Below are positions 40,340 through 51,258 of a stretch of 64,000 nt of DNA, piece after piece. The DNA is taken from NCBI RefSeq assembly GCF_048593235.1, contig NC_133617.1:47329767-47393766 (forward strand), read 5' to 3'. Made by a program: the position numbers and the translations under genes. Each line of letters opens with the position of its first letter. The stretch's first letter is position 1. Source of the stretch: Sminthopsis crassicaudata. Its lineage: Eukaryota. The notes under the pieces are model-generated. The model saw only the letters and a program-made list of their open reading frames with translations, searched no databases and was not told where the DNA came from.

Positions 40340-42720
40340 AAGCCGTTGCCATTTCCAGCCCCGCCACCGCCCCGCTGGCCAATTCGCGGGAGAGACCGCC
40401 GGGTGGCTGCGTGGAGGGAGGGCTAATTTTATGATTCCAGCACTCTGTGAGATTGGGGAGTCATGGCGGTTTCGGGGGGTCCTCATCTCGCGTGGGCTGT
40501 GGTGCAGTCTGCTAAACTCTGTTGTCCTTGTGCTTCTGAGCCTTCCCGGGAGAAAGGGGGCGGCGCATTTCTGTCCTCAAGGGGCTTTGGTAGGGGCGCC
40601 CTGCTGGTCTGAGCCATCTCAGGATCCACTCTGAACACTGCCCGATTTAGTTATGCGCAGGCGCAAGGTAGCGGATAAAAGGCGTCTGGGAAGAGAGGAG
40701 AGCCAGGTACCAGGCGCGAGGTGCCGGGACTACACATGCGCTCTGCCTCCCGCTAGTCCCCAGAACGGGGAGGGGGGCGCGTGCGCGAGTTAGCGGCTGG
40801 GGGCGGAGAGAGGACGAATTGAGGACTGCTGGACAGTCGGGAATGGCGCGTGCGCTGCTGCGGCTGTTGCCGCTGCTTCTGGCAGGACTGCAGCGAGCTC
40901 TGACTCTCAGCCTGCCTTCGACTCCGACCCCCGCGCAGCCCCGGAGCCTGGCCCGCCGAGGAGGTGAGCCCAGCCTCGTCCTTGCAGCCCCTTGCCCTTT
41001 CCCCTAGTCTGGGCGAGGAGCGTTCTCTCGGCGACCTCTAGGCCCCGCCCCCGAGCCCGCCCCGCTTCCCACCACCGCAGCCCACGATTGGTCCTGATGC
41101 CCATCAGTCAGGGTCACTCCCCCAGCGCCGCCACATGGCTTGGGACTCGGAGCTGCGGACCCGCCGGCGCTTACTAAGGGGAGGCTGAGGGGTCGCGGGC
41201 CCGGGGACCTCGGTGGCGAATGACCTTTTGGGACCACCGCCCGGCCGGCTTAGAACCCCGCTCTGAGAAAACGTTCAGATCGGAGAACGCTCGGGATCAT
41301 CTGGGCCACATCCTCGTACTACGGCACGAGGCGCGGGAAAAACCCGAGGGGGAGGTGCTGAGAGACGGCGGGACCCCCTGAAGGGGCAGGGGCGGCTCCT
41401 CCAGGCCCCAGCGTCATCCCGGGGAGGCTCTCCCCTCGGCGGGCCCCTGTCAGTTCCCCCCTCCTGGTTACAAGTTGTGCGGCTGATGTGTGGCCGCGCC
41501 TGCTGCGGCCCAGCCCCCTAACTCACGGCCCTCTCCTCTAACCGAACCCCGAGGGCAAGGGAGGGTCAAGCAACCCCCCTTCCCCCCCTGCGTGTGCACC
41601 GGCGGCTTCCGGCTGGGAGAGTTTGATCTCAGCCTAGGAGAAAGCTGTTGCCCCTAAGGTTCTAAGTAAGGGGAGGAGGCGGGACATTCATGACCGAGCC
41701 GCTCTCCTTCCCTGGCAAGTCAGGCGGGGGGACCCAGAGGCCTCACCCCGGAGGCCGGCCCGATATGGGGATGAGGGGCCCTGGGGCGGCCGGCCAGACC
41801 CCGCATGACCTTGGAGAGCCCGGGGCCTGAGCTCCCTTGTCCTTCACAGGGTGAGGGCTTCGGTCTGATGGGTCTCTGCGGCCCGGGCTGCTCAAAGCCT
41901 CCCTGGGGAGCCTGGGGGAGATTCTGCAAACATTGATTAAGCGCCTGTTGTGTGCCAGCGCCGTGCTAAGCTCTGCAGGGAGTCCGTGGCCTCTAGGGGC
42001 TAGTGCAGAAAAAGCCCTTTGGAGGAGGACATTCACAGAATTTACAGAGGAGGAAACGGGATGGGAAGAAAAAGACTTTGGAGGAAGGGAAGCCTTCCCA
42101 TGTATCTTTTGGCTTCATTCCCAGAGAGCGAGTCTTATGTGGGTGGGAGCGGTAGTTCTGTTTTTGGAACGGTTCTCCTTCGCCCACCTACAGCCACGCT
42201 CCTGTGCAGAGGCAAGGGGCGGCTGTTTTCTCTCCGGCTGCTCCGCCCCGGGCCAGGAGAATGTGTGGCGCCTGCCCTGTGGTCATAGGTGGAGAAGGAA
42301 GGCTTTGTCCATAAAGCCACAGTGTCAGATAAGAAGTCCGGGGTCTCTGGGGATCATCTGGGAAGGCTTGGAGAGAGCCCCCGCCCCTGCTGCAGAGGCC
42401 GGGCAAAGGAGGCCAGTGGGATGCTCCTGTGGCTCCCCTGGGTGGCTAGGAGTGAGGTTTGGGGCGTGAGGCTGTACGCTTAGATGGAATAAAGGTAGGG
42501 GTGGTGGGAGTGACGCTGATAGTAGACAATAAACGTTATTTGCAAAGTTCTACAGCGGTCCTCACACTTTTAAATGGGGGTCGGTTCCCAGTCCCCCGGG
42601 GCTAGAGTAAAAACAAAAGCTCCCACTCTGTCTCCGCCCTCAGCCCACGTGACATAACCCGGCGCCCGCGGGCGGGCGTAGTTTGAGAACCTCTGGATAA
42701 AAGACTTTGAAGTTCCCTGC
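40340..42720 (+). promoter_or_regulatory. CD320 CpG island and promoter
   Basis: CpG-dense region spanning exon 1. Perfect NRF1 consensus TGCGCAGGCGCA at 40654-40665, further GCGC elements and GC boxes upstream of the ATG at 40843. Confidence 0.75.
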
Positions 42721-45700
42721 TCTCCCGCTGGCGCTCCTGTCTAGGGAACTGTCACTGAGGAGGTGATGAGTTAGTCTGCATGATGATGAAGCCTCAGGGA
42801 GTGAGGGGCTGGATAGGACATGAAGAGCTGCCTGGGGAGAGAACAGACTCTACTCCCTATTTTGGTACCAAGAAAAGGGTTTAAATTTGTGAAGGTTCCT
42901 CAGCTTGGCGAGTTCTCTCTGGGTCATGTTAGAGCTCTGAGCTCCTGTGGGGACGGACGCTTCCCACCGTCAGTGCTGGTAGTCTAAGCCTCAGAGCGTT
43001 AGCCCAGTGCAGTCAGTGCAGGGCCTGAGTCTCCCACTTCCTCCCACTTCCTCGAGTGTTGCTGAGCTGGGGTTGGTTCCATTTCAATAGTCTTGAAAGC
43101 TTTTGGAGATCACACCTTATTAGCTGTGTCCCCCAAACCAGGTAGAGAGCCTTGTCCATTCAGAAAACAAATGGACGGATCACTGCAGCTCGGCTTAGCT
43201 CTGCCTGCACTCAACTCTTGGCTCCACCAAGTCCGAGACCTTTACTGATTTACTCTTCCTGTGTTCAGGAACCTGTTATCCCAGAAGAGAAGAGGGTCAG
43301 GGCTGAGACAGGCCTGTTTCTTTTCCTGCTTCCCCTGGCGGCACCTCTCTTTGGAACAGCACCTGGTTGTTGGGGAAGAGATGTGGCCTGGGGCAGGCAC
43401 CTTCCGCCTGCCTCCAGGAAGTACAGCGGGTTCTCAGACTTTGGACGAGTTTCTGGGAAGAGTTTCTGGGGGGGTAACTGAGTGCGTGAGTTTTTGGGAG
43501 CAGAGACAAGTGAATGCGGGGCTGAGAATAGGGGGGACCGTCTACCTTTTCTGCTTCCTTGTGAATAAGGGACAGGTTAAAAAAGACGGACTCTGGGAGC
43601 CAGGTATTTGGGAAGTAGTGTGGGGTGGCCATGGTAACTCCTCAAGTTAGAAAATGTGGGTTTAAATTCAGTCCTTGAATGTAAATCACTTCCCCACTCT
43701 AACTCTAAATTCAGCCCTCAATAAAGTGAGTGAGTTTGATAATCTCTGTTTTCTCTGCCCAGATGTGTGCCATTTTACTAGCTTTAATAATCACCAAAAT
43801 AGACATTTATAAGGCCGTTTATAGTTTTCAAAACACTTTAATGTCCAGTATTTCATTTTAGGTGTATAGTCGTTGTGTGACGTAAGTATTATTATTAACA
43901 GGTCTTTCGATGGATAAAAAGCTATATCTGGAATCAGGAAGACCAAGTTCAAACACTGTCTAGCTGTGGGTCCCTGGGTAAAGCACTTGACCTCTGCTCG
44001 CTTCAATTTCCTAATGTATACAGTGAGCATGATAATAACACTTCCCTCCCAGGATCAAATGAGGTAATATTTGTAAAGTGCTTTGCAGATTTAAAGCACT
44101 ATGTAAATATTAGCTATACCTATTTTTTATTCCCTTTTTATAGCTGAAGAAACTGAGGCAGAGAAGTGACTTACCTATGGTTGTACAGCTAGTGTTCGAG
44201 GCAGGATTTAAAACCAAAGCTTCTTAAACTATGGGGAGAGACCCCATCTGGGATTGTGAATGTGGAGGTCACAAAAAAGTTGGCAACAGTAAAAAGTATC
44301 AAATATTCTGCCAAGATTTAATTATGTAAAAATAAATATATCCATCTTATTTAATTATGTAAAAATAAATATATCCATCTTATTACTATGCAGATTTGTT
44401 TTCATCTTTAATAAATAGTAAAATTATATGTATATCAAAATTTTGTTTTAAAATAATTTCTTTATGGTTTATTATCAGTAAATGTTTGATTTGTATAGTA
44501 TTTTATATAACTGCATGTAGGCATGTGCCTATATATCGGTATATTTTATATACTTAGTACCCACAATCACATAAAGATATGTCTGCCAAAAAGGGGTTGT
44601 GGGTGGAATACGTTTTAAGAAACCCTGCTTTAGACTTTGGTCTGGTACACTTTTTGCTGTGCCATCCTGGCTCTCTGTTCTAGTGCAGCTCCTCTAGTTG
44701 TGGCATGTGCTCCTGCAGCTTCCCCCTCCCCAAAGCTCCTTCACTAGAATGGCATATATCCCAAGGAATCCCTTCCCCACTTTGGGAAGGTGGTGCAGTG
44801 GCCTCAGCTGGTCAAGCTGCTGCTAAGGCTCAGTCAGGCCAAGGGAGCTAGCCATTTCCCCATAAGTCTCCATAATAGTTGGACCACTCACTTTAGTGGG
44901 ACCATGTTGAAAGGGAAAGCCTATGTAATTTGGAGGAAGGAAAATGAGGTAGGAAGGGGTCCATTAGCTTCCAGGAGAAAACAAAACTCAAGAATCTTTC
45001 CTTGCTCTCAATATTTCTACATTTGCAACCAATGCATTTACAAATAAGAAGATCCAGCTTTTCCAGGAGAAAGTAATGAGGCCCGGGACATTATTTTGTT
45101 ATTTATCTGTCCCTCCATCCATTCATTCAGTTTTTCCTTCCCTTCCCCTCACTTTCTCATTTTAGAGACAATAATCCAAGAAGGAAGCTTAGAGCTTTAT
45201 GGAGTAGAGCGGGGAGTCAAGAACAGGGACCGTTGGTTCCAAGTCAGGCTCATTCTCACTCCTACCGGGTTCTGTTGTCTTATCGGCCATCCTGGCTGCG
45301 CTGCTTTAGGCTAGCCTGGGGATGTCCTGTCATTTAGGTTTTCTTTTCACTCCTGTTTCTCAGGCACTGAAGAGCCATGCCCACCCTCAAAGTTCCCGTG
45401 TGGCCAGGGCATCTGCATCCCCTCTGAGTGGCTGTGCGACGGTGACAAGGACTGCTTAGATGGCAGAGATGAAACTTCCTGCCGTAAGTGGATGGTAACC
45501 GGGAGGTCACCCAGCCCGGAGCAGGACTGAGCTGGGCTCAACCAACTGTATGGATACCCCTTTGCCCCTTGAGACTCCACAGCTTTCTATGCTAAGTTCC
45601 TTCTTTGTAATTTGCCCTTAGGCTAGTAAAGAATTATGTTTGTCTTGTGGAGAAGGGATTGTGCCTGTAAGGATACTAAAGATTAACCAAGAGGACCTGG

Positions 45701-48700
45701 GTTAATCTGTCTAGATCAGAGTAAGTGGGTTCCATCAGTTATAGGCTTACAGAGTATAGTGGCCTGAAAAGAGTCTCCAGCATTAGCCCTCCCTCATTCC
45801 GATTTCTAAGGACATCCCACCCTTCCCTGGACTCTGCATTCTCTCTCTCATGGTCCCCAAGTCTTGGGGAAAAGTTTTCAATACAATTACTTTAGCTTAT
45901 AACCTAATTCTATTGTAACTTAACCTTCATCTGTAACCTTTCTTTTTACCCGTGAATAGGAGTAGAGCCTTGTGCCCAGGGGGAGGAGCGGTGCCCCTCT
46001 GAGACGTGTTCCCCTCTCAGATGTGAGGGACCCCAGTGTGCTGATCTGCGGATTGAAGCCAGCTGTCCCCCACCTCCCTGCCTGGCTGAATATCGATTTT
46101 GTGATGGGATCAACGATTGTCCCAATGGCACAGATGAACGGCTTGTGGACTGTAGGAAGCGCCGTTCAAAGCTGCCCTTGCTGGGGTGTGCCAGGCAAGG
46201 GTTCCAGTGTGCCCCAGGAGTATGCATCCCACATGCATGGGTGTGTGATGGGCACCCAGACTGTGCCAGTGGCATTGACGAGCATCATTGTGGTGAGTGT
46301 TCATGGGGGGGGGGGAGTGCACATGCTTGCATACTGTACCCTTTCAGTCAGCTAGAGTACTAGAGAAAGGGAGAACTTAAGAGCTTATACCTTGGATGTC
46401 TCAGGAAGGAGAGACTTTCAAAAGCCCTTGTGGAATTCATCTTTTGGCTTTGGTGCTAAGATAGAGTAAAATGGAGGCGGAGACTGGACAGTGGACTAGA
46501 GGAGCCTGAGTGTAGTGATATTGGGAAACATAGGTGGTCTTCCAATCCCAGCCAGCTGCAGTGCCATGGGAATCTGTGGGAGACTTACAATTTAGGGAGG
46601 AAATCAAGATCTGGCTGGGTCCCTCAGGCCACTGGATTCTGGTGCATCTCTGGAACACTGGCCAGGGGAGGTTCTTCCATCCTTTGGTCTCAGATGTCAG
46701 AGTTAGTAAAAGCACCTACTGGGTGCCAAGCTTTGAGAATGCAAATGTGAAAATGTGCCCTCAAGGAGCTGCAAGTTTAGGAGTGGGGGATGGGAGACAA
46801 GTCAGTCAGAGAAGTCCTGAAGTTGTTCAGCCAAGTGAGAAAGATGTTTTGAGTTTTGAGTTGAGCTCCTTCCCTGAGTGGGGGATGGGCTGGGGGGTTC
46901 ATGGCCCCATCTTCCAATCAGAAGGTCCAAGGCTTGGACCACAACAGGATGATGAGATCTTCCCACTAATGAGCTTCCCAGGACACGATGAAGTCAGAGA
47001 AATCCGAGGGTGAAAGAGAGGAAATCTCTCCATAGGGACTGAAGCTGACTGGTTTCATTGCAGGGACAACAGGAACTCCCTTCAATCAGGCTGTCACTTT
47101 AGCAAAGTCTGTCACCCCAGGTACAGCATCTTCAGGAAATCAGATTACCACTGGGGTAACAATGGCCACCAGTAAGTGTCCCTGAGTGTGGGCAGCATCT
47201 CCTTTCTGGTTCTGAAGAATCTGCGGCCCCCTCTCCCCCTGGGCCGCTGACCTGAGGCAGACTGGTTTTGTTGCAGGGACAACAGGAACTTCTACCTTAG
47301 CTGTGTCTCCCACCTCAGGTAATGGGAGTGCTGTCCCTTCAGGAACTCTGAGCGTCAGTGGGATAACTGTGACCACTGGTAAGTGTCCCTGAGTGGGAGC
47401 AGCATCTGTGCAGTCAGCTTCCAGAATATTGGTTCCATCAAGTCTGGAACCCTCATGGCCTCACCTCCCTGGGATGCCCCACCCTAGGAGCAGGTATAGA
47501 TTTTCTTTGCTGTGGGGGGGTGGAGGGCTGAGGTGGCCACAGCGTCTCATGCACCTTATAGAGAATCTTCACTTTGAGAGATGGGCTGCCAGCTGCTGGC
47601 TGGACACTCCTTCCTCTGGCCTGAGCCTGGGCTCCCTCAGCTGCTGGGAAGCACATGGCGTGCTCAGCCTTTGCAGTATTCTCTGAGAAGGCCCTGACAC
47701 TTCTGGGAGGAGAGGGCAGAGAATGCCATAAGGCACATCTTGGGAGTACTTCAGGTACTTTTTTAGACAGCCCAGAGAGAGATAGAAGGGCCAGGGAAGT
47801 GTGTTGACCTTGAAGCATCCACCTTGATTGGGCCGGCCTTGGGCAGCCTTTCTTTTTTTTGCTATCCGTTGTTCTTTTTAATATCACTTAATTTTCTCTA
47901 AGGTCCTTTCCAAACCAGAAATTCCCTGAGTTTTTGATTTGGTTCTTTCCCCACTGCCTTGTTTCAGGCAGAGCCTGGGCACTGAATCAGACAATAAGAA
48001 CTGATAGATTAGTGATGGAGCACAGAGGCAGTGCTGAGAGTGGGGGAGACCTCTGACTCACATTCCAGTTTCCCACTAATTGTGACCCTCAGTGAGGTAG
48101 GGAGCTCCAGTTTGGGGAGGAGTATGTAACTATTTCTATACCTATCAGGTTCTGGCCTATGCTCTCAGGTGGGTATGCCCTGGTGGTATTTTCAAGCTCA
48201 GAAATTCAGGAAGCCTTCAATGCCTTTGGCTTTAGATGTAGCTGTACCATGGGGTGCAAAGTCTCTCCCTCCTCTTGGGTGCTGCTGACCTGAAGATGCT
48301 TCATTTCAGGGGTGGTGACACAAGTTCCTGAAGACCAGAACACCACTCCAGGTCGTGGAAGCCTCACACCTTCTGAAAGACGAAGCGCATATGGGCTGGT
48401 CATGGCAGCAGGTGAGGCCCTTAGGCAGGCTGTGGGCCTGCTCAATTATCTGTTATGACTTAGGTCCTGCCACTATTAAACTATGGGTTGGAAAGAGTCT
48501 TGCAAGCCATCTAACTCGAACCCATTCTACAACTTTCTCATCTAGCAATGAGGGGTGAAAAATACCTCTTGAGGCAGCCCATTTTCCTGGCTAGAAACAC
48601 TTTCCTGACATCTAAGCAGATTTACTCCAACTTCTGTCCATTGCTTTTAGTTCTGCTCCCTGAGAGAAAATGAACACGTTTAGTCCCTTATTCACATGTG

Positions 48701-51258
48701 AACTCTTTCAGTCTCCCTCCAGGATTTCCTTTTTCTAGTCTAATAAACATTGTACATTTTCTCAGTGAAGTTTCTTGAGGTAGCTGGGTAACATGATGGA
48801 TAGATCGCTAGACTTCAGATAAGGAAGCTATGCGTTTGAATCCTGGCTTAGACGTGTACTTACAGTGGGAACTTTGCAAACAAATGAAAAATTTCTGCCT
48901 CAGTTTCCCCAACTGTAAAATCAGAATAATAGCAGCACCTACCTATCAAGGTTGTTGTGAGAATCAAATATCAGAATATGCAGAATGTTGTGTAAACCTT
49001 AAAGTAATAATATATAAATGTTGGCTATTGTTACAATCTCTAGGTTCTTTTCTATCTTGATTTCCCTGTGGTGGACATTCCAGTTTGTCAATATCTTTCC
49101 TTCACTGTGGTACCTAGAGTTGCCCTCAGGAGGCTAGATTTGGTCTGACCAGTGCAGCGCAGAGAACGCAAGACTGGCCCTCTCTAGGCCTCAACTTTGG
49201 GCACTCCTGAATTTTGTCTGGGATCACATTAGCTGCTGGAGTGTGTTGCTGACCCATTAAACCTTCAGGCTACTAAAACCCTCAGATCTTTTCAGATGAA
49301 CTGTCATCAAGCCTACTTCACCCATCTTGTTGGTATTTTGAAGTCAAGTATAAATCTTTTCATCTGTCCCCTTAAAATTCATCTTATTAGATTCAGCCCA
49401 ATGTTCCAGCCTGCCAAGATGTGTTCTATCCTGTCATCTAAAGAGATCCAGAGCATTGATCATGCAGGCCCAGACAGAGATCCCCAGTGCATGTGACTGA
49501 AGAGGTTTCTCAAAGTTCATATGAAACCATTAACAATGGCTCTTTGGGGCCATCCATTCAATCAGTCCTTAACTGTGTGATCATCTGACCCATATCTCTC
49601 TGTCTTGTCTATAAGTGTGGTACAAGACAGTTTGTCTTGTCAAATATAGTGGTTTTTTAAAAATATTCAAGTAAGCTATTTCTCATCTAGTAGCTGTTAA
49701 AAAAGCCTGAGATTCATCTCCATGATCTATTCTTGATGAAGCTGTATTGCTTCTTTGTAGTCACCATTTATTCCCTTGACGTTCATAAGCATCCCCTTCA
49801 TAACATGCTGTAGACTTTCACGAGGAGTCAGAGTTCTCTTGGTTGGCCTGTAGTTTGCTTATTCTGTTCTCTGGCCCTCTGTGATGATCAAGCCCACACG
49901 TACCCCTCTCCAGGCTGGCGGCACCTTCCCTGTTCTTTTCTATTTCCTTCCCAATCTGATGCTCATTCTTCTTGGCAGAGAAAACAAGCCAGCTAAAGAT
50001 TGAGCTACTTCTGCTCTATTTTCAGTCATGATCCAGTCCTTGTCCTTCTTTAACTCTTCTCCTTTCTCCTGCATAGCTAAAAAATCCCTTTTGGTTGTTC
50101 CAGTCAGAGTCAGTAAACACTGCCAGAGTGCCCATTACTGCCAGGGAACTGTGCTTGGCTAAGCCTGGGACACAGCAATAGGCCTAAGACTGCCCCTGTT
50201 CTCAAGGAGCTTGCAATCTAATGGAAGAAGCCAACATGCAGAAGCTGCAAAGTTTCCTTTTATGGAGGATCAGGGAGGGATTCCCTGATGTCGGAGGGAG
50301 AGAGTCAGAGGCAGAAATGCCTGAGCAGAGTAATTTTGGAATTGAGGTCAATTTATACAACATAAAGGGAGTTTCAGAAGATGAGTTGGAAATGTTCTTA
50401 GCATTGCACATGTTTAACCTATGTTGGATTACTTGCTGTTTGGAGGGGATGGGGGGAAGGAAGGGAGAAAAATTTGGAAAACAAGGTTTTGCAAAGGTGA
50501 ATGTTGAAAATTTGTATGTATTTTGAAAGATAAAAAGCTATTATTGAAAAAAACAAACAAACAAACACACAAAACAGAAGTAGAAAAAAAGGGAAATTTT
50601 CTTGGTTTTCCTACCAGCTATATCTCATTCTGCTGTCAGTGCCCAGTGTGCTTTTCATGCAGGCTCCATGTTTGTATTTGTTCTTTCATGTTCCTGAAAT
50701 CTGGACTAAGCCCCTCTTTGCTGCCCTGCCCCATTGGAACAGCTCCCTCTTCCATCTTCTTCCTGAGAGTTTTGGGAATTCCCAGACTTCAGAGCAATGT
50801 CTGTTAGCAGTCTAAAGTGACCTTTGCTAGTCTGCCCGGGGTTGTGGGGTAGGGTGCCCTTGCCTTGGGCCTCTGGTGGAGGTCTTTTGGATGACCCAGG
50901 GGTAGAGGTGCAGGGCAAAGAGATGGGGAGTTCTACAGCTGGAGTTGAAATGTATAAATTCAAATCCAAGACTTAACCTCTGACCTGCCTTGTGGCACTA
51001 GGTGACATCTTTCTCCAACCCTTATTTCAATGCTCTGTAAAATGGGAGGATAAGGTCCTTTCTAGCACCAACATTTTCTGAGTCTGATTTTTTTTCCTTT
51101 CAGCTGCCCTAAGTGGAATTCTGGCTGCTGCCTGTCTGCTTGTGTGTTGCCAGACCTGGGCCCAAGTCCGGTGGCGCCTCCTCCCCCAACCACATCTGGT
51201 GGAAGTTATGAAGGATTCACTGCTGATGCCTGAGAGGACACCATCGTCCTCAATCTGA
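40843..51258 (+). CDS. CD320: CD320 antigen / transcobalamin receptor (LDLR class A type I membrane protein), 346 aa
   Basis: Exons 40843-40963 (signal peptide [15 protein letters not shown]), 45364-45483 (LDLa CPPSKFPC...[18 protein letters not shown]), 45960-46292 (Cys-rich middle plus LDLa CARQGFQC...[18 protein letters not shown]), 47064-47171, 47277-47378, 48310-48411 (S/T stalk, AYGLVMAA), 51104-51258 (TM, tail MKDSLLMPE). Total 1041 nt, all introns phase 1; position downstream of NDUFA7 matches synteny. Inclusion of both stalk exons is inferred. Confidence 0.9.
44215..44627 (+). mobile_element. hAT MITE (long form, same family as 21609-21792)
   Basis: Ends CAAAGCTTCTTAAACT / GTTTTAAGAAACCCTG; shares gaccccat...gaatgtgg near the 5' end and cacataaa...gggtggaa near the 3' end with the short copy. 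Confidence 0.7.
48500..49950 (-). mobile_element. Fragmented L3/CR1 LINE with a nested MIR in CD320 intron 6
   Basis: CR1 motifs cttgaggcagcccatt, tttcctgacatctaag, agattcagcccaatgttccagcctg, ccatgatctattcttgatgaagc. Confidence 0.6.

Noticed and set aside
40800-42470. Multiple ORFs in CD320 intron 1, for example the 178-aa ORF at 41933-42469
   Set aside because: GC-rich intronic shadows with no homology or splice support.
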